Assembly (NCBI GenBank): GCA_039591075.1
Contig: JBDHEI010000003.1
Coordinates: 26,716 to 90,715 of the forward strand
Source of the DNA: Gemmatimonadota bacterium
GTDB lineage: Bacteria > Gemmatimonadota > Gemmatimonadetes > Gemmatimonadales > GWC2-71-9
Reading direction: 5' to 3'
DNA: 64,000 nt
Below the pieces are notes generated by a model. It saw only the letters and a program-made list of their open reading frames with translations, was not told the DNA's origin and did no database searches. The position numbers and the translations under genes are program-made. Below, one piece after another: positions 26,777-37,189 of the stretch. The first letter of the stretch is position 1. Each line of letters starts with the position of its first letter.

Positions 26777-27853
26777 TTAGGCTCCGATACTCACCTGGAG
26801 CACAAGATACGCAGGAATCAGCAAGTCGTCGAATCCGTCGATCACCGCTCCGACACCTTCGAAGAGCTCGCCCAGGGCCTGGGCCTGCTCGGCGGTGAGC
26901 GGATTATCGGCGCCATCGGTGAACACCGGGCTCTCAGGCGTGCCGGAGATCTTCACCACGACGTTTCCGCCATGGACGACCGAGCCGGTCAGGCTCGTGG
27001 GGGTGGCCTGGACGGACAGGACGACTGAGTTACCGCCATCGTACACGGTCAGCTCGTAGGTGCCCATCTCGGATTGCGGATCGAGGTTGGCCGTGACCGT
27101 GAGGCCCACGCCCTTCGACGGAACGTCGATCGCATACGACAGGTGGAATCCGTCGACCTGCGACCAGGTGTGCGACAGGGAGAAATCGACCTGGGTCGTC
27201 CCATCTGACAGGTAGCCTTCGGCCGTGAAGGTGAGGCTGGAAGTGGTGACCACCGCGCTGGCCAGATACTCCAGATACGTGATCCCGTTCACGACGGCGA
27301 GTGCGCCCAGGCGATCGGCCGCGGGGGTCCCTTCGTCGGTCAATTCGAGATACCCGACCTGTGTGAGCGGATCCACGGGCAGGTGGAAGATCGGATCGAC
27401 TGCGTACAGGATGAGGCGGATGCCGTTTGCGGGTGCACCGGTGCTGTCCGGGGCAACCTCGTATTTGCCGGTCGAGGCGTTGTAGACCAGCGTCTTGCCC
27501 AGGAGGTCGGCCGGGAAGATCACGGCCGGCTGCGTCGGGCTCAGGAACGGCGCGACCTGCGTGAGGAGCCGGAACTGCTCCGGGATGGGCAGTCCGTCAG
27601 CGGTCGGCATGGCCGGGGCGACCGGGGCTGCGCCGAAGTCCGGCATAGCGGTGGTCAGCAGGCCCATCGCCTCGATTGCCGGGTTTCCGTCGAATGGTCC
27701 CAGCGCTTCGAGCGCGGCCTGATTGGTCTGAACGGCGTCGAATTCTCCGGGCGCAGCGGCATCACCGCACGCGCCGATGGCCAGTGCAGTCGCCACGAGC
27801 ATTGCGCAGGCTCGGGCGGGTCGGGAACCGTGTTGTGGACATGAACTCATCAT
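26777..27853 (-). CDS. hypothetical secreted lipoprotein
   Basis: Lipobox LAIGAC after a hydrophobic h-region. The start may be the internal Met at 27802. No family recognised. Confidence 0.5.
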   Translation of the reverse strand: MMSSCPQHGSRPARACAMLVATALAIGACGDAAAPGEFDAVQTNQAALEALGPFDGNPAIEAMGLLTTAMPDFGAAPVAPAMPTADGLPIPEQFRLLTQVAPFLSPTQPAVIFPADLLGKTLVYNASTGKYEVAPDSTGAPANGIRLILYAVDPIFHLPVDPLTQVGYLELTDEGTPAADRLGALAVVNGITYLEYLASAVVTTSSLTFTAEGYLSDGTTQVDFSLSHTWSQVDGFHLSYAIDVPSKGVGLTVTANLDPQSEMGTYELTVYDGGNSVVLSVQATPTSLTGSVVHGGNVVVKISGTPESPVFTDGADNPLTAEQAQALGELFEGVGAVIDGFDDLLIPAYLVLQVSIGA

Positions 27854-28011
27854 GACAGACTCCAGTCGTGGTATCTAGGGCGGACGTTGCCAACAGTGTA
27901 CGCTTTCATCGGTCATTTTCGCTGTGACGGGCTTCACGTCGAGTGGTGGACACACATCACATTGGGTGCGGGACTGCAGATGTGGGGTATCCTGTGCCAC
28001 GAGAGGGGCGC

Positions 28012-28914
28012 ATGCGGGTTCACTACACCGATCAGTTCGAGGTCCCGCTCCCACAGGGCCACCGATTCCCCATGCTGAAATACCGGCTTTTGCGGGAGCG
28101 GCTCGCTGCCGATCTCGTGGTGGAGGTCGAGAGCCTCGTGGTCCCCGATGCCGCCACTGACGAAGACCTGACCCGTGTGCACAGTCCCACGTACGTGACG
28201 CGAGTGAGGCGGGGAACGCTGAGCCAGTCGGAGGTGCGGCGACTCGGCTTTCCCTGGTCGCCGGGCCTCGTCGAGCGGTCATGCCGCTCGGTAGGGGGAA
28301 CCCTCGGCGCGTGTCGGAGGGCCCTCACCGATGGGGTGGCGGTGACCCTCGCCGGGGGGACGCACCACGCCTATCCCGATCGGGGCGAGGGGTATTGCGT
28401 CTTCAACGACGTCGCCGTGGCGATTCGCACGCTTCGCGCGGAGGGACGTATTGGGCCCGTCCTCGTGGTCGACCTGGACGTCCACCAGGGCAACGGCACG
28501 GCGGCGATTTTCCGCGACGATCCGACTGTGGTGGTGCTGGACCTGTTCGCCTCCGGTAACTACCCGTTCGCGAAGGAGAAGGCGCGTTACGCGATGCCGC
28601 TACCGGATGGCATGGCCGATCGCGAGTATCTCACGGTGCTCGAGACGGCGCTCCACGACGTGCGGCGGTCGGCTCGGGTGGACCTGGTGGTGTACGTGGC
28701 GGGCGCTGATCCGTACGTCGATGATCGACTGGGTCGGCTGGCGCTCAGCAAAGAGGGTCTCGCGAATCGTGATCGGCTGGTGTTCGGAGCGTGTCGCGCG
28801 GCGGGGCTGCCAGTGGCCGTGACTATGGGCGGTGGATATGCGCGACGGATTGCCGACACAGTCGACATCCACGCAACCACCGTACGCTTGGCGGGCCAGA
28901 TCGCGGCACGTTAG
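28012..28914 (+). CDS. histone deacetylase-family (AcuC/HDAC-like) zinc deacetylase
   Basis: GGTHHAYPDRGEGYCVFNDVAVAI, VVDLDVHQGNGT, GADPYVDDRLG. ATG 28012 is preceded by gagagggg. Confidence 0.85.
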   Translation: MRVHYTDQFEVPLPQGHRFPMLKYRLLRERLAADLVVEVESLVVPDAATDEDLTRVHSPTYVTRVRRGTLSQSEVRRLGFPWSPGLVERSCRSVGGTLGACRRALTDGVAVTLAGGTHHAYPDRGEGYCVFNDVAVAIRTLRAEGRIGPVLVVDLDVHQGNGTAAIFRDDPTVVVLDLFASGNYPFAKEKARYAMPLPDGMADREYLTVLETALHDVRRSARVDLVVYVAGADPYVDDRLGRLALSKEGLANRDRLVFGACRAAGLPVAVTMGGGYARRIADTVDIHATTVRLAGQIAAR

Positions 28915-30950
28915 ACCGGGGGGTGGGCGGCGACGTCGGCGCGTGCCGGTGCGCTGCCGTCCGGCGGGTTTCCTTGTCCGCCCCGGAACCTGCGCACCGC
29001 CTGACCGAGCGCGTCCGCAGTTCCCACGAGCACGACAGTGTCACCGGCGTGGAACCGGAAATCGGGGTCCGGGATGTGGTGGGTCTGTCGATCGCGGATC
29101 ACGGCGATGACCGTGGCCCCAGTCGTGCGGCGCAGGCTCAGGCTCACGGGATCCTCGTCGACCGCCTCAGCGTCGTCCTCTACCATCACCGTTTCGACGT
29201 TCACCTGCACGCCGAGGTGCCGCAGCGCATCGAGGCGCAAGTCGGGAAGGGAGAGCCCTCGGAGCATCTCGTATTGCTCGCCGCGGACGGCGTGGACCTC
29301 ACGCTCGATGACGTTGGCGGGAATGCCGAGCAGCCTGAGGACGCGACTGAAGATCTCGAGGGCCGTCTCGAACTCTTCGGGGATTACCTGATTCGCTCCG
29401 AGTCGCAGAAGCTCTTCGATCTCGGTGATGAGGCGAGTGCGGACGATGATGCTGACGTCGGAACTGAGTTGCCGCGCCACGGCGACACCGCGGCGGGTGT
29501 CGGCCGACGCACTGATGGCAAACACGAGGGCGCGCGCGCGATCGATCCCAACGTGCTCGAGCACGTCGCGCCGCGTGCCGTCCCCGAAGAAGATCGGCTG
29601 GCGGTTGATCCGGGCTCTCCGAACGATCTGTCCGTTCTGCTCGAGGATCACGTAGGGGATCTCCGCGGCCTTGAGCACGCGGGCGAGGTTGTGACCGATC
29701 AGGCCATATCCGACAATGATGACGTGATCGCGAAGAACCGACACGGCCTGATACTCGTGTGTCGTGAGCTGGAGGGCGGGCTGCCGTGTCCACCGACAGA
29801 TGCGGTCGGCGATCGGCGCGGCGCCGGCGATGAGGAACGGCGTCGCCAGCATCGAGACCACCGAGATGGCCAGGAACACCTGATAGATGTCATCGGCAAG
29901 CAACCCCACGCTGCTTCCGACCACCGCGAGGATGAATGAAAACTCCCCCACCTGGGCGAGTCCGATGCCGCTCACGATACTCACCTGAAGAGATCGGCCC
30001 AGGGTGCGCGTTGCCGTGGCACCCATGAATGCCTTGAGCGCCACGATACCAATGGTGAGCAGCAGCACGAAGGCCGCGTTGTTTGCGATGAACGGCAGGT
30101 CCACCAACATGCCGACCGAGATGAAAAAGATTCCCGTGAAGGTGTCACGGAACGGCATGACGTCGGAGAGAGCTTGGAGGCCGTATTCCGATTCGCTCAC
30201 GACCAGACCGGCGATGAACGCTCCGAGCGCGAGTGACAGACCGAACATGGCGGTCACGTAGGCCGCACCGAGCCCGAAGAACATGATGGCCAGCGTGAAC
30301 ACCTCGCGGTTCTGAACTCCTACCACGTTCTCCAGCACCCACGGGACGACAAATCGCCCGCCCGCGACGAGGACGCCGACGACCAGGAGGCTGACCAGGG
30401 TCGCACGGAGCACGGCGGTGATCCCCTCGTCCGCGCCGCCGAGCAGGGGCGTCAGCAGCATGAGCGGCACGACGCAGAGATCCTGAAACAACAAGATCGC
30501 GACCACCACTCGCCCGTGCGGTAGATCGAGCTCGCGCCGATCGGCGTAGAGCTTGAGCACGATGGCGGTGGAACTGAGCGCGATCAGCATGCCGAAGAAC
30601 ACTGCCCGCTCGATGGCGAGACCGATGGCCATGGCGAGCAACCCGCCCAGAATGGCGGTCCCGACCAACTGCACGCCGCCGCCCTGCACCACGGAGCGCC
30701 CCAACCGGATGATCCGGGAGAGGGAGAGCTCCAATCCGATGGTGAAGAGGAGGAGCACGACGCCGAGCTCCGCCAGGCCGGCGACCTCTTCGGAATTACG
30801 GATGAACCCCAGCGCGTGGGGGCCGATGGCGAGTCCGGTGAGCAGGAATCCGACGACCGTGGGGATACGGAACCGCTGCGCCGCGGCGACCACGGGAATC
30901 GCGAGCGCCACCAGGATGACCAGGTCCCGAAGCAAATCGAGCTGATGCAT
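28911..30950 (-). CDS. monovalent cation:proton antiporter-2 (CPA2) family protein with RCK/TrkA-N and TrkA-C domains (KefB/YbaL-like)
   Basis: About 12 TM Na_H_exchanger-like region (LFTIGLELS, FLLGLA-type segments). This is followed by the Rossmann motif VIIVGYGLIGHNLARVL and a C-terminal TrkA-C segment (HAGDTVVLVG). Confidence 0.85.
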   Translation of the reverse strand: MHQLDLLRDLVILVALAIPVVAAAQRFRIPTVVGFLLTGLAIGPHALGFIRNSEEVAGLAELGVVLLLFTIGLELSLSRIIRLGRSVVQGGGVQLVGTAILGGLLAMAIGLAIERAVFFGMLIALSSTAIVLKLYADRRELDLPHGRVVVAILLFQDLCVVPLMLLTPLLGGADEGITAVLRATLVSLLVVGVLVAGGRFVVPWVLENVVGVQNREVFTLAIMFFGLGAAYVTAMFGLSLALGAFIAGLVVSESEYGLQALSDVMPFRDTFTGIFFISVGMLVDLPFIANNAAFVLLLTIGIVALKAFMGATATRTLGRSLQVSIVSGIGLAQVGEFSFILAVVGSSVGLLADDIYQVFLAISVVSMLATPFLIAGAAPIADRICRWTRQPALQLTTHEYQAVSVLRDHVIIVGYGLIGHNLARVLKAAEIPYVILEQNGQIVRRARINRQPIFFGDGTRRDVLEHVGIDRARALVFAISASADTRRGVAVARQLSSDVSIIVRTRLITEIEELLRLGANQVIPEEFETALEIFSRVLRLLGIPANVIEREVHAVRGEQYEMLRGLSLPDLRLDALRHLGVQVNVETVMVEDDAEAVDEDPVSLSLRRTTGATVIAVIRDRQTHHIPDPDFRFHAGDTVVLVGTADALGQAVRRFRGGQGNPPDGSAPARADVAAHPPV

Positions 30951-31026
30951 GTGGGAAGTATAGACGGGTCCGGCCGGGCTACCAGTACCCGGACTACCGC
31001 CGAGGGTTCGGGGGGCTTAAATCCTC

Positions 31027-31491
31027 ATGGTCGAAGCGACCGTGCACCGGTTGCGACCCGGACGGGAGGATGCCATGACACTCGCGCGCCGTTGGACCTT
31101 CACGCTCGATGCCGAGTTCGGCCATCGGAACATCAGTCCAGAGGTGAAGACGCTCGTCGCGGACTCCGGCGTCACGACCGGCATCGTCACCCTGCAACTC
31201 ACCGGATCGACGGGGGCGCTCACCACGATCGAGTACGAGCCCGGGGCCTTGGCGGATCTGCGGCGTGCCCTGGACTCGATCGCGCCGCCCACGGACGAGT
31301 ACGAGCACAACGAGGCGTACCACGACGGGAACGGGTTCTCGCACGTCCGATCGGCGATCCTGAAGACCAGTCTGGCCATCCCCGTGATCGACGGACAGCT
31401 GCAGATCGGGACCTGGCAGGAAGTGCTGCTCCTCAACCTCGACAATCGGCGGCGGACGCGGGAGGTCGTCGGTGTCGTAGTCGGCGAGTAG
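31027..31491 (+). CDS. yjbQ: YjbQ/UPF0047 family (secondary thiamine-phosphate synthase) protein
   Basis: ITPEV-like ISPEVKTLV, GIVTLQLTGSTGALTTIEYEPG, NGFSHVRSAILKTSLAIPVIDGQLQIGTWQEVLLLNLD. Confidence 0.85.
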   Translation: MVEATVHRLRPGREDAMTLARRWTFTLDAEFGHRNISPEVKTLVADSGVTTGIVTLQLTGSTGALTTIEYEPGALADLRRALDSIAPPTDEYEHNEAYHDGNGFSHVRSAILKTSLAIPVIDGQLQIGTWQEVLLLNLDNRRRTREVVGVVVGE

Positions 31492-31497
31492 GCGCGG

Positions 31498-31875
31498 CTA
31501 GGTACGGTCCTTGGTCCACACTTCGACGGTCCCCCGAGGGCCGACAAACGCGTTCGCCGCCCACCCGGTCAGTCCGACGATCACCGACGCGAAAATGGCG
31601 CTCCCCAGGCCTTCCAAGTGGAAGGCCGGCATGATCCACGCCACGAGCATGACCATTGCACCGTTCACCACAAAGAGGAACAGGCCAAGGGTGAGCAACG
31701 TGATGGGAAGTGTGAGGAGAATGACGATCGGCCGCACGACGCCGTTGACGATCCCGAGCAGGACCGCCGCGAGCCACAGAGTGAAAACGCCGTCGAACCG
31801 CATGCCCGCGAGCAGGCTGTCGGCCATCCAGAGGCCGAACGCCGTGATGAATACCCGGGCAATGAATCCGCGCAT
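31498..31875 (-). CDS. phage-holin-4_2 / DUF360 family membrane protein
   Basis: FITAFGLWMADSLL...LGIVNGVVRPIVILLTLPITLLTLGLFLFVVNGAMVML is the typical DUF360 pattern. The start is taken at internal Met 31875 (the ORF extends to 31926). Confidence 0.7.
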   Translation of the reverse strand: MRGFIARVFITAFGLWMADSLLAGMRFDGVFTLWLAAVLLGIVNGVVRPIVILLTLPITLLTLGLFLFVVNGAMVMLVAWIMPAFHLEGLGSAIFASVIVGLTGWAANAFVGPRGTVEVWTKDRT

Positions 31876-31955
31876 GCCGATTGCCTGGTGAGGGGTCGAA
31901 GCAACTCGCTGGTGCAACCTCGTCATGCACCCCGCGACGCGTCAAGCCACGCTGC

Positions 31956-32387
31956 TCACTCGGCGAAGGTCACGCGGTCCACCATTACCACGCCGTTTTC
32001 CAGCGTCTTGTGTACCGGACAGCGGCTCACGATCTGTTCGAGCCGCGTGCGCTGGGCGTCGTCGAACGAACCTGCAATCCGCACCCTGCTCGTGACGCGA
32101 TCGAGATATCCCTGCTTGTCGTCCCCGCAGTCCTCGCAGTCGTCGGCATGGACGCGACCGTGCTCGTAGGTGGCCGAGACTGACTTCAAGGGGATTTGCT
32201 TGTGCCGGCAGTAGAGCGCCAGCGTGACGAGCGTACAGCCAGCGAGCGCACCAATCAGCATCTCGTACGGGGTTGGGCCGGCGTCGTCTCCGCCGGCTTC
32301 GGTGGGTTCGTCTGCGCGCCAGGTGTGGCGCCCGTTGGAGATCGTGACCTGCAGTCCCGAGGTCAGCTCAGCAGTGATCTGGGCCAT
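31956..32387 (-). CDS. OsmC family peroxiredoxin-like protein
   Basis: GPTPYEMLIGALAGCTLVTL and the C-terminal CPVHKTL are the two conserved Cys regions of OsmC/Ohr. Start at Met 32387 (MAQITAEL). Confidence 0.8.
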   Translation of the reverse strand: MAQITAELTSGLQVTISNGRHTWRADEPTEAGGDDAGPTPYEMLIGALAGCTLVTLALYCRHKQIPLKSVSATYEHGRVHADDCEDCGDDKQGYLDRVTSRVRIAGSFDDAQRTRLEQIVSRCPVHKTLENGVVMVDRVTFAE

Positions 32388-32449
32388 GGTGTGCACGTCC
32401 TGCTCGTGCGGGGTATCGGGTCGATCACCGGACCGTCCCGAGTGGGGCT

Positions 32450-32809
32450 TCAGCCGAAAAGCGGCAACTTGGCGTTCAGGGTCGTGAGCACCTGCGGTGA
32501 GACGTGCGTCTGGATGGCGTCTCCAACGATCCGGCACAACTCGGTCGCCCGGCCGTCGTCGAAGTCGGCAACGGCGAGGGTACGCCTGACGGCTGACGGG
32601 GTGGCCATGACCAGCATCTCGCCGGTCCCGTCGCCCTGGAACGGAGCGTGCCCCATCCAGTCGCCGATGTCGGGAAAGGCCGAGGCGATTGTCGTGAAGG
32701 TCCGCATGTCGAGGGCCATGCGGATCGCCACGAACAGCGTGCCGAGGCCCCGACGGGCCTGTGCCTCATCGATGGAGAGTCGCTTCGTCACTTCGTCGAC
32801 TAGGTTCAC
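32450..32809 (-). CDS. DUF2780-like hypothetical protein
   Basis: MNLVDEVTKRLSIDEAQARRGLGTLFVAIRMAL resembles the DUF2780 N-terminal helix pattern. Recognition is moderate. Confidence 0.55.
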   Translation of the reverse strand: MNLVDEVTKRLSIDEAQARRGLGTLFVAIRMALDMRTFTTIASAFPDIGDWMGHAPFQGDGTGEMLVMATPSAVRRTLAVADFDDGRATELCRIVGDAIQTHVSPQVLTTLNAKLPLFG

Positions 32810-32818
32810 GGAAACTCC

Positions 32819-33886
32819 TTAACCGATCACGCCGCCGCCGAGGAGGCGGGTCCCGTCGTAGAGGGCTCCCGACTGTCCGGGCGTAATGGCCCGCACCGGC
32901 TCGCGCAACTCGAGCTCCAGGAGTCCCCAATCGGGCCGCGAACTCGCGGTCACGCGGGCGCGCGCCGCTCGCGCTCGGTACCGAACTTGAATATCACAGG
33001 AATCGCTGGGCTGCAAGGGTTCGGTCAGCCAGTTTACCTCGCCGAGCACGACCCGGCGGCCCAGCAGCTCGTCGGCAGTCCCGACGACCACCGCCCGCTC
33101 GTCCGGCTCGATGGCCACGACGAACATGGCTTCGGAGAACCCGCCGGGGAGCCGTTTCCGCTGCCCGAGCGTGTACTGTGCGTACCCGTCGTGCTCTCCC
33201 ACGATTTCCCCCGCTGCCGTGCGGATCGGCCCCGGCGAGAGCGCGGGGTGGTCCACCGGCAGATGGCGCCGCAGGACGTCGACGTAATCCCCGTCGGGGA
33301 CGAAGCAGATCTCGACCGATTCCTCCTTGTCGGCGGTGACCAATCCGAGTCGCCGCGCGATGGCCCGGGTCCCCGTCTTCGTGCGCTCGCCGACCGGGGT
33401 CAGCATGCGTGGCACGACGGACCGGTCGATCCCCCACAGGAAATAGGTTTGGTCCTTGTTGGGGTCGCGCCCGCGGAACAGGGCACCGTCCCGCGAGATG
33501 GCGTAATGGCCCGTGGCCACGTACTCGCACGCGAGCGCGTCAGCGTGCGCCAGGAGGTCCTGGAACTTCGTGAAGGTATTGCAGCGGACGCACGGGATGG
33601 GTGTGCGACCGCGGGCGTACTCCGCGACGAAGTTCTCAATCACGCGACGGCGAAATCGATCTTCGAGGTCCAGCACGTAATGCGGAATCCCGAGCCGGTC
33701 GGCCACCGCCGCTGCGTCGGCGATGGAGTCCAACGAGCAGCACGGGCGGTCGGGCACGCTTTCGCCGTAGCAGAAGAGCCGCATGGTAGCACCAATCACG
33801 TCGTAGCCCTGCTCCACCAGCAGCGCGGCGGCCACCGAAGAGTCGACACCGCCCGACATGGCGACGAGCACCCGGCCCGCGCTCAC
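32819..33886 (-). CDS. mnmA: tRNA 2-thiouridine(34) synthase
   Basis: PP-loop [51 protein letters not shown] 33886 follows agggagga and overlaps the upstream stop (GTGA). The ORF extension to 34612 is an artefact. Confidence 0.93.
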   Translation of the reverse strand: MSAGRVLVAMSGGVDSSVAAALLVEQGYDVIGATMRLFCYGESVPDRPCCSLDSIADAAAVADRLGIPHYVLDLEDRFRRRVIENFVAEYARGRTPIPCVRCNTFTKFQDLLAHADALACEYVATGHYAISRDGALFRGRDPNKDQTYFLWGIDRSVVPRMLTPVGERTKTGTRAIARRLGLVTADKEESVEICFVPDGDYVDVLRRHLPVDHPALSPGPIRTAAGEIVGEHDGYAQYTLGQRKRLPGGFSEAMFVVAIEPDERAVVVGTADELLGRRVVLGEVNWLTEPLQPSDSCDIQVRYRARAARARVTASSRPDWGLLELELREPVRAITPGQSGALYDGTRLLGGGVIG

Positions 33887-35082
33887 CCGCCGTCCTCCCT
33901 GAGCGCCCGGGTCAGGACCCGTACGCGATCCATCACCTCGGGCAGGACGGCTACGACACGGTCGACATCCGCGTCGGTGCTCGTGGCTCCGAATGAGAAG
34001 CGAACCGACCAGCCGGCCAGGTTGGGTGCGATCCCCATCGCCGAGAGAACGTGGGATGGCGTCACGGTCCCGCTGGCGCATGCGGAGCCCGCGGAGCAGG
34101 CGACACCAGCCCGGTCCAGGTGGAGGAGCATGGCGTTGGCGTCGGTTCGTGGAAACGCGACGTTGGCCACATGTGGGGCCCGGGGGGCAGGGGGCCCGTG
34201 GATGCGGACCGTCTCGTCCATCGCGGTGATCGTCCCCTCGAGGCGGTCCCGCAGCGCCGAGGTGTGGGTGGCGAACGCTGGCTGCTCGCGCACGGCCAGC
34301 TCCACGGCCACGGCCAGTCCCACGGCCCCAGCCACGTTCTCTGTTCCGGGTCGGAGACCCCCCTGTTGGCCCCCGCCGTGGATGAGGGGCTCGACCGCGT
34401 CGGGATCCGCCACCACCAGAGCCCCGATGCCTTTCGGTGCTCCGATCTTGTGTCCCGAGATCGACACCAGGTCCGGCAATGGGTCTGGGAGCACCCAGGA
34501 CACCTTGCCGAGTGCCTGCACGGCGTCGGTATGGAACGGCACGCCGGCCTCGCGGGCGCGGGCAGCGATGGGGTGGAGATCCTGGCATACGCCGGTCTCG
34601 TTGTTCACCCACATGACGCTCAGTACCGCGACCGTCTCGTTTAGTGCCTCGTCGAGGGCGTCCAAGTCGAGCCGGCCGCTGGCGTCGACCGGGAGCACGA
34701 CGACGGATCCGCCGAGGCCCTCGATCGCATGGGCCGCGTCGATGACCGCCTTGTGTTCCGTGGCGCCGACCGCGGCGCGGAATGGTCGCCCCCGAGCGCG
34801 GGCTCGGAGCGCGCTGCCCAACACCGCGAGATTGTCGGCTTCGGTGCCGCCAGACGTGAACACCACGGCTTCGGATCGGACGCCGAGGGCCGTGCCGATC
34901 CGTTGCCGAGCGTCGGTCAGCGCCGCGCGGGCCGACCGACCGATCCGGTGGGCGGAAGACGGGTTACCGAACGCGGTGTCTGACAGAAACGGCAGCATGG
35001 CCTCGCGCACCTCGTGCCGCACCGGAGTGGTGGCGGCGTGATCGAGGTAGACCACAGTCGAGGCCTCGGATTGGGTGGACAT
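33883..35082 (-). CDS. cysteine desulfurase (NifS/IscS/YrvO-like), translationally coupled to mnmA
   Basis: [28 protein letters not shown] lysine [14 protein letters not shown], catalytic loop SAGSACASG. Start at Met 35082. Confidence 0.9.
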   Translation of the reverse strand: MSTQSEASTVVYLDHAATTPVRHEVREAMLPFLSDTAFGNPSSAHRIGRSARAALTDARQRIGTALGVRSEAVVFTSGGTEADNLAVLGSALRARARGRPFRAAVGATEHKAVIDAAHAIEGLGGSVVVLPVDASGRLDLDALDEALNETVAVLSVMWVNNETGVCQDLHPIAARAREAGVPFHTDAVQALGKVSWVLPDPLPDLVSISGHKIGAPKGIGALVVADPDAVEPLIHGGGQQGGLRPGTENVAGAVGLAVAVELAVREQPAFATHTSALRDRLEGTITAMDETVRIHGPPAPRAPHVANVAFPRTDANAMLLHLDRAGVACSAGSACASGTVTPSHVLSAMGIAPNLAGWSVRFSFGATSTDADVDRVVAVLPEVMDRVRVLTRALREDGG

Positions 35083-35143
35083 GGCGCCTGAAACGTACGG
35101 GGAGGGCGGGGGCGGGGGGTAGGGCACCCGCTCCGCGCCGGCG

Positions 35144-35866
35144 TCACATCGAGCGAACGCCCATGGCAACGACGTCGTCGATTCGGACGGTCTCGTGCGT
35201 GAGATATGGCTCACCATAGGCCGCGCGAATGAGGCTCCCGTACCTCGCGCAGTGCATGCGGACGTTCTCGTAGACGTCCCCGCCGGCGGGGAAGATCTCC
35301 CCGGCCGCCATCCGTCCGTCGAACTGCGACCCGTAACAGCGAATCGCCTCGAGTTTCGTCTCCAACTCGTCGGTGATGTCGACGACGAACGTGGGCTTCA
35401 CGGCGTCCTCGCGGTAGGCGAGCGTGTAGAGAATCTTCTCCGGTCGGTGGGCCTCCCCTGCTGCCGGGTAGTTGGCGAGCCCGGCCAGGTAGGACGCGTC
35501 CCGGCACAGCTCCGATGCGATGCGGTGGTCGGGATGGCGTCCGATCGGGTAGGGAAGGACCACTACCCGCGGGTGGATGCGGCGGATCAACTCGACGACC
35601 ACTCGGCGGGTCTCGTCGGTGTTGTGCAGTCCCGCGTCGGGGAGGCCGGCGTTCAACCGGATCGCAGCCCCGAGCACGCTCGCGGCGGCGTCGGCCTCCG
35701 ACGCCCGCACGCTCTGGGACCCGTGCGTGCCGGTTTCCCCTCCGGTCAGGTCGACGATGGCCGTTCGATATCCCTGGCGTGCGGTCTTGACGAGCGTCCC
35801 ACCGCAGGTGAGCTCGACGTCATCTGGGTGGGCACCGATGGCTAGGAGATGGCAGGGTTCAGACAT
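35144..35866 (-). CDS. bshB1: PIG-L/LmbE family deacetylase, BshB1-like
   Basis: LLAIGAHPDDVELTCGGTL, VDLTGGETGTHGS, EADAAASVLG, HPDH. The pattern matches bacillithiol deacetylase BshB1, but the specific substrate is inferred. Confidence 0.65.
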   Translation of the reverse strand: MSEPCHLLAIGAHPDDVELTCGGTLVKTARQGYRTAIVDLTGGETGTHGSQSVRASEADAAASVLGAAIRLNAGLPDAGLHNTDETRRVVVELIRRIHPRVVVLPYPIGRHPDHRIASELCRDASYLAGLANYPAAGEAHRPEKILYTLAYREDAVKPTFVVDITDELETKLEAIRCYGSQFDGRMAAGEIFPAGGDVYENVRMHCARYGSLIRAAYGEPYLTHETVRIDDVVAMGVRSM

Positions 35867-35875
35867 CCGTCCTCG

Positions 35876-37117
35876 TCACTCGTATCGTAGGGCCTCGATC
35901 GGATCGAGCCGGGAGGCCCGGTTGGCTGGCAGCAATCCGAACGCCAGGCCAATTCCAACCGACACCGCCGTGGCGGTCACGGCGCTCCACAGCGGAACGC
36001 CGGTCTCGAATCCGAGCATGCGCTTGAGTACTTCGCCGGCGGTGAGACCGACCACGATCCCGATGGCGCCCCCCACCAGGGTGAGCGTGGCCGCCTCGAT
36101 GAGGAACTGCCACAGGATCTCCCGGCGGGTGGCCCCGAGGGCCTTCCGTACGCCGATTTCCCGAGTTCGGCTCGTGACCGAGACCAGCATGATGGCCATC
36201 ACTCCGATGCCGCCTACCAGCAACGCCACGCTCGAGAGAACGATCATGACCAGGAAGAACACGCCGGTCAAGCGATTGAACACGTCGAGGATCTGATCGG
36301 ACGTGATCATGTCGAACGTGTTGGGATCGCCGGGGCGCAGACTGCGCATGCGCCGCAACTGCACGGTAGTGGCGTCCATGGCCCGAGCCACCGTGACGCC
36401 CTCTCGGGGCTTCACCAGGATGATGAGGCTATTGGTCTCGTCGTACCGAAACGCCCGCTTGGCGGTCTCGAACGGGACGATCGCCGAGATTTCCTGGCCG
36501 GGAGGCTGGAAGATGTTCTCGGGCTTCCGGTACACCCCAACCACTCGGAGCGGCCGTCCGGCGATCCGCATGGTCCGCCCCAGCGGGTTGATCTGCCCGA
36601 AGATGTTCGCCACGGCCTCTTCTTCGATAATCACGACGGGGGCGCCACTGCGCGCCTCCGTGGAGGTGAAGATCCGGCCGGCGGTGATGCCGCCACCGAG
36701 GATCTCCATGAAGCGCTCGTCGGCACCGTAGACCACGGTCGGCTGGGTGCGCGATCCTTCGTATTCGAGCCGCTCGAACACGCCAACCCAGATCGCCGAG
36801 TAGTGGATCTCCGGGAGGCGTGCGATCGCCTCCGCTTCCTCGGCGCGGAGTACCGGTCGGATCCGTACCTCGCGCGGGAGGGCGTCAGGGTTGAGCGGTG
36901 TGGACGAGAAGAACCGCAGAATGCGGAACGTCGTGGGTCCGACCACTTCGAGCGTGTTGAAGATCTGTCCTCGGATGCCCTGAACGATCGAAGCCATCGA
37001 CATGACGGTCGCCACGCCGATGATGATACCCAGAATGGTGAGCGCCGACCGCAGTTTTTGCGAGCGGATCGCGTCCATCGCCATCACGGCGCCCTCGGTG
37101 AGATTAGTGAGGCGCAT
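35876..37117 (-). CDS. ABC transporter permease, MacB/FtsX family (permease 4, type B)
   Basis: N-terminal TM, then a large periplasmic domain, then 3 TM. REIGVRKALGATRREILWQFLIEAATLT is shared with permease 2. C-terminal RLDPIEALRYE. Confidence 0.85.
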   Translation of the reverse strand: MRLTNLTEGAVMAMDAIRSQKLRSALTILGIIIGVATVMSMASIVQGIRGQIFNTLEVVGPTTFRILRFFSSTPLNPDALPREVRIRPVLRAEEAEAIARLPEIHYSAIWVGVFERLEYEGSRTQPTVVYGADERFMEILGGGITAGRIFTSTEARSGAPVVIIEEEAVANIFGQINPLGRTMRIAGRPLRVVGVYRKPENIFQPPGQEISAIVPFETAKRAFRYDETNSLIILVKPREGVTVARAMDATTVQLRRMRSLRPGDPNTFDMITSDQILDVFNRLTGVFFLVMIVLSSVALLVGGIGVMAIMLVSVTSRTREIGVRKALGATRREILWQFLIEAATLTLVGGAIGIVVGLTAGEVLKRMLGFETGVPLWSAVTATAVSVGIGLAFGLLPANRASRLDPIEALRYE

Positions 37118-37189
37118 GGGCGCGACCTTAGGCCGCCCTGCCGGCGATCGCGTCCCGCAGAGGTCGCTGGTCAGTGACGCTCGGCACGG

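Noticed and set aside
31498-31926. The holin-family (Phage_holin_4_2/DUF360) gene as evidence for a prophage remnant.
   Set aside because: There are no lysin, capsid, tail or integrase genes nearby. DUF360 proteins are widespread chromosomal membrane proteins, and the neighbours are YjbQ and OsmC stress-type genes.
32987-35041. 684-aa plus-strand ORF. Similar long shadow ORFs occur at 38488-40305 (605 aa), 28791-29939 (382 aa), 41050-42114 (354 aa), 41706-42968 (420 aa), 13817-14971 (384 aa) and 10344-11669 (441 aa).
   Set aside because: All are antisense to genes with unambiguous family signatures (MnmA/cysteine desulfurase, FtsX permeases, CPA2 antiporter, ABC ATPase/MacA, LtaE, Pyk). All translate to Arg/Asp/His/Gly-rich sequence without motifs.
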